DNA of 63,845 nt, the filler included, from Platydemus manokwari (lineage: Eukaryota): assembly GCA_037951405.1 (NCBI GenBank). It is 6 parts of 6 records of this genome, joined end to end, with 100 filler letters (N's around TTAATTAATTAA, not from the genome) between each part and the next. Parts side by side here need not be neighbours in the genome. Positions count along the whole stretch, not along the records: positions 23,198 to 32,771 come from JBBMOY011215655.1; positions 32,872 to 42,662 come from JBBMOY011204099.1; 4 more parts are not named here. One strand, 5' to 3'. The notes beneath the pieces are model-generated. The model had not been told where the DNA came from. It saw nothing but the letters and a program-made list of their open reading frames with translations, and ran no database searches. The translations under genes and the position numbers were made by a program. How positions within the stretch are numbered: the first letter of the stretch is position 1; each line of letters opens with the position of its first letter. Positions 29,401 to 42,762 of the stretch are shown here, piece by piece.

Positions 29401-29920
29401 TAATTTTATCTATAGAACTATTTGGAAAGTACCAATCCATAATTATTGCATGAACATTATTGCATGCTACCGTTCTCTTTTAAGAAAGTTGATCAAGGTA
29501 ACCTTTTTATTAAATAAACGATTTTTAAGCATTAATTTCATTAAAAATCATTTATATTTCTCTTATCTCTTTCTCAATTAATAGATGGTTAATAGTAAAC
29601 CCATCATGCAAGCATATTTTCGATAACAATGTTTATCAAAGAAAAATTCCAACGAACCAATTCGATTTATATTTATTCTAAAATGATCTGAATATCGTGA
29701 CAAGTGTGAAAAATACATAAAATAAAATAATCTTTCATGATGATCTATCACATTTCTTTATCAAAAAATCATGAACAGAAATGACTAATTTACAGAAGTC
29801 ACTAAAAAGAAAAATAAAGCTTGATTAAAGTCAAATGAATTACCGATCTTGGAATGTATGACGTGCAACAACATGCAAGACTAATGAAATAAATTCGACA
29901 AATGATTTTCCCGTCCATTA

Positions 29921-30231
29921 TTATTCCGACAACTTATGCCATTCGGCCATTTGTTTTCGGGGATTGTTAATAACTTCTATCCAATGCTGTTCTTCCTTTT
30001 CGCCATATCCATACCCAATCATCAATCGTCCAATGACTTCATTTTTCGTTACTCGATCGTAATCCATTATCAATAGTTCAATTGCGATATTCAGGAGATT
30101 GTCATTATCCATCAAATCAAACGAGAACGACTGATTATAAACTGGATTGAGAGTCCGTTTTTTGACATGGGTTTTTTTCTTTGCCAACCTTTGACCGTTT
30201 TGAACTATGTAGAGTTTTACATACGGATCAC
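29921..30231 (-). CDS. Syt4: Synaptotagmin-4/11 family, terminal exon (most of C2B)
   Basis: DPYVKLYIVQNGQRLAKKKTHVKKRTLNPVYN...DYDRVTKNEVIGRL...HWIEVINNPRKQMAEWHKLSE matches the invertebrate Syt4 C2B signature; acceptor tttcaccag|; phase 1. Upstream exons not found in this piece. Confidence 0.92.
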
Positions 30232-30849
30232 CTGGTGAAAAATCGAATTCATTGTTCATTTTTTAGAAGTGTAATATTTGAATGTATTATTAATATAAAT
30301 TTAAAACAACCCACTTATTTAACTAATATGGAATATTTTATTACATGACACAACAAACAAACCCGATATATCTAAGGTCTTCCTCACATACAATACGATA
30401 GTTAATAATATATTTGTTTATTTTCAATAACCAAGAACGTTATAAATAATTTATTTTACAACGAAATAAATGTTTCCTCTTTCTAAAAATAAAACTCTTG
30501 AAAATTTAATAAGCTATGTTTGAATTGATTAAATAGAAGCTTAACCAACAAAATAAATTTGATAAAAGTACATTACATGTCCTAAAACGATATTTTTACG
30601 GCCCAAAATTTTCGCTATTTAGGCAAATACACAAGGTGACAAATGTTAAAATTATTTCAATTTAATTTGATAAGAACATGTAATGAGATTATTTCGAAGA
30701 TTATATTGACATGCAAATATAGAAAATTGTATAGGAAGGATTTCTCCTATCTTTGTTATGATGACGTTCTCGCGGAAGATCAATATTCATACAAAGTGAG
30801 TAACAAGAATCAGGCTAAATTATATAAAAACAGTCATCGTGGTTATTTT

Positions 30850-31200
30850 CCTAGCTGGTTTCTTTCTTTGGTATTGAACTAATATTATTTTTTTGAATTA
30901 AATCCAAAAGCTTCTGGTATCTTTTCGGCAAAAGTGGTAATAGTAGTTTCGGTTGTTTATTTTTTACATTGGTCGATTCCAATTGGTCACCAGTTACACT
31001 TTCAAAAGTCACGTTAGTCATAATATTTATTCATTTAAACAAACGAATTTAATATTCATTTATAAATATTAAAATTATTTATTTATAAGGATTTTTTGTG
31101 AATTTATTGATAATTTATTTTTTCAATTTTTCAATATAATTTTGTCTTTATTCCAAACGAATTTTTATCAGATACTATTGAATTCAAAATTCCCTTTTGA
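30850..31200 (+). repeat. Dispersed repeat, copy 2 (in the Syt4 intron)
   Basis: Colinear similarity to 29130-29400 with an internal insertion. Confidence 0.75.
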
Positions 31201-32771
31201 TTGCAGTGTCATCTTGCAAAAACCACATTAGTCTATTACTAATACTAAATAAACCAACTCATACAAACTAAATAATAACACTTTTCATTGTCACCATATC
31301 GACATTTTCATTTGGAACAACAATAAAATCCAATTCAATATCCGAGAATTGTCATGAATTTCTCAATAGTTTACCTTTACCAGTTCTCACTTTGTTTCAA
31401 ATGTGCCTCCCGGCTAAAATGGTTTTCTTTTAAAAATCATCGCCTAAATGTTGGCCGTCACTATATGTGTTGCATGATTTTTGATTCAACTGATAAAATT
31501 TTCACTATACAGGTGCAGATAATATTTGAGTATTAATAATGTACTTCCAATTCCTCGAAACGATTAGCTTTCATGAACAAACGAATTTCGTGGTATTCTT
31601 TGGAATGTTGTCCCTCTTGGCATCTACCAGCGATCTCATATTCGTGATTAATATCTGCTGTGGAATATAGATTTCGTGAATGATTTCTGAACTTTTTGTT
31701 TGTCTTTTCTTTTACATTGGCTTCCAAATTCAATTATTCAGAATTTTCTTCGGGTTAGTAGGGATTTCTGAAGATCATTTAACTGCACAGTGTTCGAAAC
31801 TTCACAGCCTTCAAATATATACAAGACTCATATTGTTTGAAATGGCTTTTGAAAATCTAATATTTAAATTATAAACTTCTTATAAATAGCCTCCAAACAA
31901 TCTATAAATGAGCAAGAAAATAATGTAATGAGTCTAGAAAAATCATCGGTAAAGAATTCTTTTGAGGATAATTTTTTAAAAGCAATTTGCTTGCGCCTTA
32001 AATTTTGTATTTGATGTATGTTTCATTAAAAGAACGCATTACGCTGTTCGGTTATAATGGAATAACATAATTATGAGGTTTCATCATAGAAAGTAAATTT
32101 TCGTTAATAATAAGATCTTAAGTTTTAGATTTCATGGAAAAATTGAGATAAAATAATTTAAATTCTGTGAAATCGATCGTTTAATAGCAAATGTGAACAC
32201 AAGTCCACTGAACGAGTTTTGATTCGTTTTTAACGAAATGGAAATTTATTAGCAAGTGTTGGTCGAGATTTTGATAGGAAATTCGACTGTAAAGAATTTA
32301 ATCAATTATTTTCTAACTAAATTAATTAATATCAAATTAATTTTTGAAATCATAAAAGCTGATCAAAACATCGATTAAAATCAAGCTTAAAGTTTTTGCT
32401 ATAAATAAAATAACCAAATGAGAAAATTCGTTTCCAGTCTGAAGGTGATGTTTGTGTTTATGTCAGCAAGATTTTGAAAATATCTTTAACCCATTGTTAA
32501 TTTGGAATTTTTCTACAATTGATATTAATTCATTACACACAATCAATTGCAATGGAACCAATATTATCCAATGAGAATTATCTATTGATTTTTAGAAAAA
32601 TTAATATTGATTTTTAGAATAATTAAATGATGTTAAAATTGATGTTAAAGTTGAATAGATTTATTTTTGAAATATTATAAGAACAAATATTAGCCTGAGT
32701 CAAAAGTTATTCATGTTTTTTAGTTGTTTAAAGTTTTTGTTTTACCAAATCATTTAAACATAACATAGCTA

Positions 32772-32871
32772 NNNNNNNNNNNNNNNNNNNNNNNNNNNNN
32801 NNNNNNNNNNNNNNNTTAATTAATTAANNNNNNNNNNNNNNNNNNNNNNNNNNNNNNNNNNNNNNNNNNNN
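32772..32871. other. Artificial contig linker
   Basis: N44-TTAATTAATTAA-N44. Confidence 0.97.
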
Positions 32872-35800
32872 ATAAATTTGAATGGTTTAGATAATTCTAT
32901 TAGTGAACAAGATTTAAAAGGGGGAGATTTGAGAACTCTGACAATTTTTAAATAATTTATTTAAATAAAAATTATATTTATATTAAAAGCCTTCAATGAT
33001 CAAAAATATTTTTTAAAATTTGCTTAAAGTATTTTGTGATAAAATATTTTTATGGGTTTAACTTCTTAAATTTGTTTTTAAATCTCTATGAAATCTATTA
33101 GCACCAGCTAGCTAAAATTAGATGAGGCGTATTTTATGTGTTGAAATGCTGCATTTAATTCTCTCTGACCATGCATACAGGAATAACGATATTCATTTGT
33201 AACTCATTAAACACTCACAAAAACGGTTTCAACAAACTCGTTTCAATGGCGAAAACACTTGAGAATTGATGATGGAACTTATTGAAATAAATTATTTCAA
33301 TAATGACCGAACCGCTAATTGAAACAACAATTAATTAAGCCAATTAACCCATCCAATCAAGCTCCAATCGTGACTTTCCAAAGGAAATATTCTATCGTTA
33401 AATAAAATTGATTTATGCCAATTTATGGAAATTTTTTGGAATAAACTTGACGATAAAATCAAATCAACAAATTGTGCCGAATCGGAAAACAATCCGTCCG
33501 ATATACATCATTAAAAGAAAGAAACAACACTCATTTGATCGTTGGAAAATCAGTTAAAGCCGCAATAGATAATTAGTCGAGTCAGAGCCTTCAAAAATTC
33601 AAGTGATAAACTGTCGACAAATATTTCACAGAGATTTCATTGAATATTGACTTGTGATGTGGATTGTTCTTGTAGTTCCGATGAGTATTTGTCATGGAGT
33701 TGATATGAACACGAGTAATACGATGTGAGCATATTCTACTTGGGAATAATCAGGTTAATTAATTAGCAAAACAGTAGAAATAATCAGTAGAAAATCTAAA
33801 CGAAAAATACAAAGCGGATTAAAGGTAGAAAATGTAAAAAAGATAAAACAGTTCTTACAGACAAGCACGGAGAAATCTAAAAGCCATTGATAGATTATTT
33901 CATATTACTGAACAAAATTCCCTCTTGTTCTTGTTGAGGTTTCATTGTGAAAATAATATTCCATGAGATGACATAGAAATTGATACTACTCAGTGACGAA
34001 CATACATTTTTGATGGTGATTTATTCTTAGCTTTTTCGTGGTTTACTTTTGTCATCGGTAACATCCTCTATTTTTTGTGTAATGGAATTAGATCTGGACG
34101 ATGTCTTCACCAAAAACTTGATTCCTTTCAAAGTGAGGATTGCGTATAAAAATCAATAAGAATGATAACGAATAACAAATCTGAATATAATGATAGATCG
34201 ATTACACAAATGATACAAAATATTTGTTAAATGTTTATTTTATTGTACCGATTACAAGGTTAGAGATATCGAGACATGAAGAATGATTATGGAACAATAC
34301 TGGCAACAAGGCTAACGGTACCGATTCTAGTCCAAATAAAAGAAGCAATTAATGGAGTTATTTCTCGATAAATGTGGATTATGGGGGTGTCCACCCCAAA
34401 AATTCATTTCAAAACATGTTAAATGTAATTATATTAAAAGTGCTTATTATATAGTATCGATCAATCAAGTACCAAGAAATCAATACAAAACTATTGTAAT
34501 AAAAATTTATCAAAAAAGAACAAAGATATTTAAACCCCCATTTAACGAAACATTACGAAAACAAGCTTATAAATTTTAACTTGATCTATCTTTTGATATC
34601 CGATGTAGCAAGAATTAAGTAGCTTGAACGTCATTGAGACAAATAGACAGTTTCAGTTTTACACTAAACGCTTTGGTAAAACGTTGGGGAAAGCCAGTAA
34701 CCTTATTAATTAGCCATACGAGTCATTCAGATAGTGAGTAACATAATCAAAACATCTCTGACAGAAGAATATCGCGTTTGAAAAATATTCGGTAGAAAAT
34801 AAATTTCCACTTCGAGTCAGGATATACAATTTAAACCACCAGATATGATCTAGGAACGCTTATGACAAACACTTAGAAAGAAAGCAGTGATGGACAGAGA
34901 AAAATAAAATTCTCAATGTGAGAGAAAATATAATGGTTTCGGTTGATCGTCTAAAAAAATTGGAAAAATATCAAGTACCTATAAAATTCCAATATTTATT
35001 TGAAATCGAAACTCATTCAGTGGACGATATTTGCTTAAATTATTAGATATTGTTGAGTAGAAACGAAATCTTGAAAAAGAAAAACGGGTTTGCATCTTGG
35101 AACCCTTGGTTTAGCACTTTAAGCATTCACATGCCTACACAAAATACCGGCATGGCAATCAACGAGTCACAGTTGCATTAGATGGATAACGATAATTTGA
35201 AAAAAGGAATAGCCACACAGTAACACACACCAATCCCGGAAATACAAAACATGAGAAAGTATGATCAAATGAAAATGTGATATAAAAGTGATAATAAAAT
35301 TCTACACAGGTCTCGGGTATAAATACCGATGTCAAGATGGCCATTTGCCAGTTTGGAGCCAAGTTTTGTTTGCGTTTTTGAGATACTGTGATGAGTTTTA
35401 GAGTCGTATCGATTAACATGTGTAATAGAAATAAAGCTTGCAACCTTCGATTTTGCTGTCAGCAATTATTTGGTTATTCAGAATTTAATACCAATAATAA
35501 CGATCAATATCTTCACTGATTGTGTATAAAATAGCCTAAAGCACAGTCAATGAATAATAATAAATTTGGAATAAATAGCTTGGGTTTGCAAATGAAAATT
35601 ATTATTTTTATGTCTGATGTAGGGAATGCTGACATCCTAAACGGATGAAAATGTGTGATTATTATCACGATACCTCTCATTAAAACGGTAATATATAGAT
35701 TGAATGATATTAGAATATATTTAATTCTATCAATAATCGATATGATCTACTAGTTGATTGCGCTTATATTTCTATTAAACAAGACTGTTCTTCACTAATC

Positions 35801-35936
35801 GATATTTTCAATTACTTTCGAAGATATATATTTTTGATAATTCCAGAACTACTTATTCATCTTGACAAATACTGATGATATCAGCTTTTTTGAAATAATT
35901 TTTTTTCATTTTTATTTTCATTATTAAAAATGTGAT

Positions 35937-36559
35937 TGTGTGATAATTTAAATGAAATAAATTTTTAATTCTAATTTAATTCTAATTTTATATAAAATAA
36001 TATTGATATAAAATTAAATTGATTTGTTTAAATATTTGTATTGAAATAGCATTTTGATTTATCGACTTTTCAGCTCATTTTTAATGCGTGATTTTTAAAG
36101 TAGTAGCGTCCAGCATTGTCTGCGTCCACGCATCTGCATTCGATTCTGAAAAGATCAACCATTGAGATTTATAAAAAAGAAGGAGGAAGATACTGAGACT
36201 ATCTGGAGAACATAGAAAGAAGATATAAAGAAGTTGTAGAAGAGATAAAAGGGGGATAAAACGAAGATATAATGGAGATATAAAAGAAGATATAAAAAAA
36301 TAGAAGAATTTGAATTTTCGTGTATTGAAATATGTAGAGTATTTGATGCAGAGACAAGTAGCAAGATCAAAGATTTTAAAGAAAGAAGAGGGTGAGATAT
36401 TTTAATTGAAACAAAATTTTAATTCTAATTTTTTATAAAATGATATTTATATAAAATTAAATTGGTTTGTTTAAATATTTGCATTGAAATAGATGTTTGA
36501 GCGTCTTGACTTTTCAGTTCGTTTTTAATGTGTGGTTTTTAAAATAGTAGCTGCTAGCA
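35937..36559 (+). mobile_element. TRIM-like non-autonomous LTR element, full copy
   Basis: 5' LTR ~35937-36115 and 3' LTR 36393-36559 (TG...CA); decayed PBS tgcgtccacgca 36121-36132; PPT aaagaaagaagaggg 36378-36392; flanks gtgat/gtaat (4/5 TSD). Confidence 0.8.
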
Positions 36560-38179
36560 GTAATGAAATAAATTTTTTAATTTTTTCAATAAACACAGTG
36601 CTGCTGTTCCATGATAAAATGGCGAATCGATTATGAGATCGTATTGACGTAATATTGTTTCACAAATCAAATCTCAATTTCCGAATAATATTGAAGATGC
36701 CCTGTTTATTGATCGGGTTTATGTTTCGAGACCAGAGTCTAATAAAAATGAAAAATATATTCCATCAACAAAAATAGGAAATTGTTTCTGTAAACAAAAC
36801 ATTACAAACTCGATATGTATTTCTAACAATAATCGATATGAATGATCAATTTATTACCCTTTCGTTTATGTAAACGAGTGTTCTACAACAATCAATATTA
36901 TGCATCTATATTATTACTCAATTGGGCTAAAAACCAATAAAGCTATACCATGGTAACAAGTACTGCCACATGTCTGTATTATAATTGGTCTACCAAGGAT
37001 AACAATGCTGGCAAATTTCAATATCAAATTGTTCTCATTTCAGTTTCTGCATAACATCATTCGATTATCAATAATCCTATAACGTTTCTTAAAATTTATT
37101 AATTTAAACAAAAAATGAAATTATTGAACAAATTATTGTTCCAAATATATTACACACAATCTGCCAATAAATATTATTTTGTATTTTTCATAGAATATTG
37201 ATTATCGTTCGATTTTGGAGTAGTTTTCGTATTGTTACACTTGAATGAAATGAGTTGATTCATTATATGATTGGCAAGAAGAAAGGGCGATATGAAAGTG
37301 CGAAATAGAATCAATTTTTCAAACAGCACCAAGGCAGTGAGCAATGTGATCAAAGAGCGACAGATGGGCCTCTGTCAATATTCATTTATTGATTAATAAT
37401 CTCTACAGTGATTGGTATTTGAGACAAATGTGATTAATTGAGTTCTCAACGCACCAAAACACAAAAATAAACCAAGCCGAAAATTAAGCTTGGAAATCGT
37501 ATAAAATCTCGCATTGCCTTGAGAATTCATTTGGAATCGCCTATCAACATTATTTCTCTAAAGAGGCCTTAAGCATGAGTTTATCTCATCAAATATACAA
37601 TATCGATATTTTATTGATGTGCGTGGGTGGTACAATGGATGCTAAACAGGCAAAACCATTTGCGAAATCACTCAAATGTTATTAAATATAAGGTTTTGGA
37701 AAGGATTGCTTGGATACAGTTATGATATTGGCTATCTTCACCCTTCTGCGTCATTGATAAGCCCAGATATAAAAGATATTAGATGAGTGATTTTCTTTAG
37801 ATTCTGCTAGGGTAAAACTTGGATGAACTCATATCTAACAATAGCCGATTCTTAATCAGGAAATTTAGATTCAGATGTATGAAAATTGGTTGAGGACCAG
37901 AAAGGTTTCTAACGATTAAATGTTATAACCATATTGATTACCATTAAAATATTTTTGTATGACGCTGTTAAGCTACGAAGATTTAAAAAGCCATTGTTAG
38001 GAACTAATGATACTTAAATCTAGAAGAAAGGAAGATCTGTGGACACCAAGGTAGAAGAAGATGAAATGTCTATTTGGAATTATTACAGGGTTAATAATTA
38101 AAGACTGAGTTTCATTGTCTAAATTAGAGTCTGAATTTTTATGAGATTGCTTATAGTGACGAGTTTTCCTGAATTTACA

Positions 38180-38409
38180 GCCATCAGTCTTCTCAGAATC
38201 GAATCCAGATGCGTGGTCGCCATGTAAGCCGCTACTATTTTATACAACAATACGCATCGAAAACGAACTGAAAAGACTAGACATTCAATTCTATTCAATA
38301 CAATTATTTAAACAAAATAAATAAAATTTAATATCAAATAAAATTCAATATCAAATAAATTTAACATCAAACTAAATTCAATACAAATTCAATTTGATAT
38401 CCTCACACA
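38180..38409 (-). mobile_element. 5' LTR + intact PBS of the same TRIM family (partial copy)
   Basis: Reverse complement reads TGTG(TG)AGG...tagtagcggcttaCA|TGGCGACCACGCATCTGGATTCGATTCTGAGAAGAC, colinear with 36010-36155; no second LTR seen. Confidence 0.8.
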
Positions 38410-41025
38410 CGTAATTATAATATTAGTTCATTTAAAACGGAAACGATATTTAAATGCGAAAATCTCAGACATATTCGCGAGCAAAAATATCTGCAAAACA
38501 AACGAAATGGCTTGATTTATTAATCAATGTGGAGTTAGTTTTTCCATAATTTATTATTAATTTTTCCGATAAATTATGATTATTATATTTATAATATATT
38601 ATCGTTTATAACTTTTCAATATATTGATTCCTAAAAGAATTTTTATATTTTCATATTGTTTCTCAAACATATTATAATGAATTATATCGATACAGCACTG
38701 CTTTGATCTATCAATGTTTAATCGAGTCTATGAAAAGTATCTGGAATATATAAATGCGATCAAAACAGCATCTTCATTTTTCATTCGCTAGTTGATTTGA
38801 ATTTTGGCTAAATCTCAAAACATAACACTTAATATGTTTCCATAGCAATTTGTCGAAATTTTATTATATTTGCCATTAGATTTTTAAATTATTTTTTCAA
38901 ATCTTCTTCAAATTTATTTAATATTTAAATCCAAATAAAAGAACAAATAAATCGATAACAGAATAAACGATATTATTGTTAAACTTGACCTTATTTTTCA
39001 ACAGTAATCGATTTTATCAGTCGATACCATGATACCCACGATACACACGATATCATGATACGCTTTAAAAAAAATAAATAAAAACATTTATTTGATCGAG
39101 TTGACACAAATTGATTTTCTACACATCTCCGTGTGGCAAAAGCAATTAAAACAAAATGGCGAATAATATCAGAATCTTCAATTAATATGAAGACCATATC
39201 TCTGCTCCATTAATTCTAGTAACAACACTATATAATATTCACTGGAGACGGGTAACCAGATGAAAATGCCGCTAAAAGCTATTTCACTAATCAATATTTT
39301 AAACAAATATTTTTCGAGGGAATTCCAATGTAATCGACAGAGGAGATTTAGACAAGTATTTCTTCACTCTTTGCCATAGCAACGCAAGAAGTTTAACGGT
39401 TAATCTTTATTGATTACAGTTTTCAAACCAGAGAACATCGATGAATACCACAACATATTGAATTGTTGGCTATATTTAATTATTGATTATATTTTTATTT
39501 ATCATTTTTGTGAATTTCCATATTTTTGATTGACTGGAATCCTACTAGACTGTGCTAAATAGTATTTGGTGTGACCATTTAAATATAATTCAATTCGTAA
39601 TAACTCGTTTAATGATCGGTAGGTTAGAATCTAACCTTTAGATAAATATGATAAAAATCAGAACAATGGAGATTCCACTAACGATCTGATCCAAATTAGA
39701 ATAGTAGGTTGCGTGTAATTTGGATAATATAATAATGATATGATAATAAAATAATGAAACACTGATATGAATATTTTTATTATAATATAAAATTATCGAA
39801 TGTGCAATGCCAGAATATTAACAGTGATTTAGTGTTGTGCCCTGAAGATGAGAACAGCCGATGTAGGGATTTAGGTGCCACCTTATTTCGGACAATAAAA
39901 TAAAGAAGTGATTTTAGATTGCAAACCATTTTGGCTTTGCAATTAGTATTTTAGCCCTGCAAATCTCATCGAACTTTGAGAGGGATGAATGAAATTAAAG
40001 CGATAATATTTACCATTGACATACATTGGTAAATTTAACCGATCGCACTTATTGAAAATAATTATAGGATAACGCGGTACCGAGCTTAATGGTGAAGAAT
40101 ATCCTTAAACTGATGTCTGATGATTGATTAAAAGATTCCGCGGGATTTATGCTGATACTGAGAGTAAATGATTAATATTCCAAGTGAATGCGGTGAATTT
40201 ATCAGTAATGATGTTCCTCCTAAAATCCCAGTGATAATTCCAGAGCGGAATTTAAGAAGTTTTCTCCCAGAATAAATTTGCTTTGTAGTGCGAATTTAAT
40301 TATCATCTCATTGGTGGTATTTAATTATAAATTACTTCTGTTTTTAGGTTCTTAGAAGTTGTTCTAAATCGTTATAAATAAATATATTTATAGATAAAGA
40401 ATGTGAGTGCCTACATGTATTGATTATCGTTAATATTATAAATTACAAACATTACTATCTATTCCATGATCACGAGTAGATAAATGGGCCTGAAATAAAA
40501 TCAATAAAATAGCCCGTTGGAACAGAAATAAATTCGCACAATTTAACATGTTAATATAATAATAGAAAACAATACAAAGGAACATAAAATAGTTTGTGTT
40601 ATATTTTTGAATTTTGATAACAATTAGTTGATTAGTTCGAGATTTTGATTGATTTCATTCACATCACATAATAGTGATGGAAGTGCTATATTTTTCAATA
40701 AATATATGGAAATCAATAATAAATTACAATCTTTTAATGTATTTTCACCTTCTGGAATACATGATCGTCATTAGTATAGATGTTTTGATTGTCTTCAGAT
40801 GTTATGATAAGATATTCGTAATCCAGTTAACAAAGCTGACAATCGGCCTAACCCTCTTCAAATATGAAATAAAGCAGAAGAAAATGTCATAACTTTGAGG
40901 ACTTGTAATGAAATGAGGAAATTAGAATTTGATAAATATTTTTTGTCTAAATAATTTGGTGCCGTGGTATTTCAGGTCGTTTCACGTGCACTTTTTATGA
41001 AATAGTAGAGGGTTACAATACCGAT

Positions 41026-41319
41026 TTAATCAATATCTGTGAAAAACTTTTGAATTTTTCGTCCCGAATAAGCAAATGATTTGAAAATATTTCCCCTTTC
41101 ATTATTTTCGAGAAAATTGTCGTTGATAGTCTTTATCATTGACAAATAATTACAATTTTCAATCCAGTAAGAAAATATGGAATTCTTTAAGTTTTTGCAA
41201 TAAAATTGAAATAAAACATTTTCAATTGTTCTCAAATAGCCCTTCACATTTCCTGTTTCATCAAAATTATAAATAATCTTCAATATTTGGCCTTGAAGAT
41301 ACAGATGATAATAATTCAC
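41026..41319 (-). mobile_element. Possible pogo/Tigger DDE transposase remnant
   Basis: IYNFDETG matches the [IV]xNxDETG first catalytic motif; the remainder is not recognised. Confidence 0.3.
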
Positions 41320-41859
41320 TTCGAACGGATATAATTAAAAAGAGCTAGACGTGTATAACGGGAATATGACGTCAGCATGCAGTGAACAAGCAAATCTATT
41401 CATATCAAAGATAGAGGTTATTTGCAATTAAGGCTTTGCTGTAAAGAGTATCACATAAGTAGTTTATAATATATTATACAATGACTGCGAGGCTTATATC
41501 TATGGTTTATCAGGTTCTATTTATTGATTTTCTATACATGTTCCTTGAAGCTATAAAATTGCTTCCATACTTATTTGCAAACTTGAATTACTCCACAAAT
41601 TAAATACACAACTCTTTATTCCTTAAAACTCGCAAGTGCATTGAAAAATAGTTTGATCTGGAAATATAAATAAACATTGAAAAAATACATTGTGAGTGAT
41701 TAGTGAGGTTAGCATCACTGATTTCTATCACATCGGTAATGTTTCTTAGCTGCTTTTTTGTTTTAATATTTTATTTATTAAATAAAATCAATATCTGGCT
41801 AATCGAATAGCACTTCAGTAATAAAATTCTTCATGAAAATTTCTAAGTTGAAAATGATG

Positions 41860-42662
41860 TTCAGAACCTGAACTGAGCAGTTTTATTTTAACAGACTATC
41901 TTTTGGATTACGCAACGCACCAGAAACGTTTTGGAGTCCAATGAAATCAATATTCAAGGATTTGATCAAAAAAGGCATTCTTGTTTATCTGGACAATGTT
42001 TTAATGTATGGAAGAACAGTAGAATAACACAATGAGAAACTCCACAAGGTATTCAGGTTGATTAAATCATCAGATTTGAAAATCAATCCCGAAAAATGTG
42101 TATTTGGAATCAAAAAATTGAATTTATGAGTCATACGGTTAGAGCAGAAGGTATAGAAATTAATAACGACAAAGTGCAGAAGATAAGAGAGCAATAAAAT
42201 ACGGTTAACGTAATTCAGTTGAGGTTATTCCTATAATTATGCAATTATCACCGACGATTTATCAAAGAATACAGTTCTGCTATGCGCGATGATGACTGAA
42301 AGTGGACTTAGAGTGAAATTGATGTAGACTACAGAGTGTGAGGAAAGTTTTGTAAATCTAAAGGAACATTTATGCACGGCTCCGATATTGGCCTTTTCAG
42401 ATCTAAATAATGAGATGATTCCCCATATACCATGTCTAATTTCGTATCTCCATTTTTGGTAAGTTGGATGATACTGGAAAAGAGAGAGTAGTAGCCTATG
42501 GTTCTAGAACTCTTAACATTCATGAAAAAGGTTATTGTATCACAAGAAAGGAGCTTTAGCGATCCACAAATTCACTATACATTTCAAGCATTATTTGTTG
42601 GGAAAGAAATTTGTGACTCGCACTGATCACAAAGCCTTGACATACATGAAGAAAACTAACAA
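41860..42662 (+). mobile_element. Decayed Ty3/Gypsy pol (RT + RNase H)
   Basis: FNRLSFGLRNAPETF, VYLDNVL (YLDD mutated, 41986-41997), LKINPEKCVF, CNYHRRFIKEYS, LCTAPILAF, VAYGSRTL, ITRKEL, HYLLGKKFVTRTDHKAL; stops and frameshifts; truncated by the linker. Confidence 0.93.
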
Positions 42663-42762
42663 NNNNNNNNNNNNNNNNNNNNNNNNNNNNNNNNNNNNNN
42701 NNNNNNTTAATTAATTAANNNNNNNNNNNNNNNNNNNNNNNNNNNNNNNNNNNNNNNNNNNN
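42663..42762. other. Artificial contig linker
   Basis: N44-TTAATTAATTAA-N44. Confidence 0.97.

Noticed and set aside
30350-30420. TNILLTIVLYVRKTLDISGL (- strand) resembling the missing start of Syt4 C2B
   Set aside because: An in-frame stop lies directly upstream, there is no suitable acceptor, and KARNLP is absent; probably chance.
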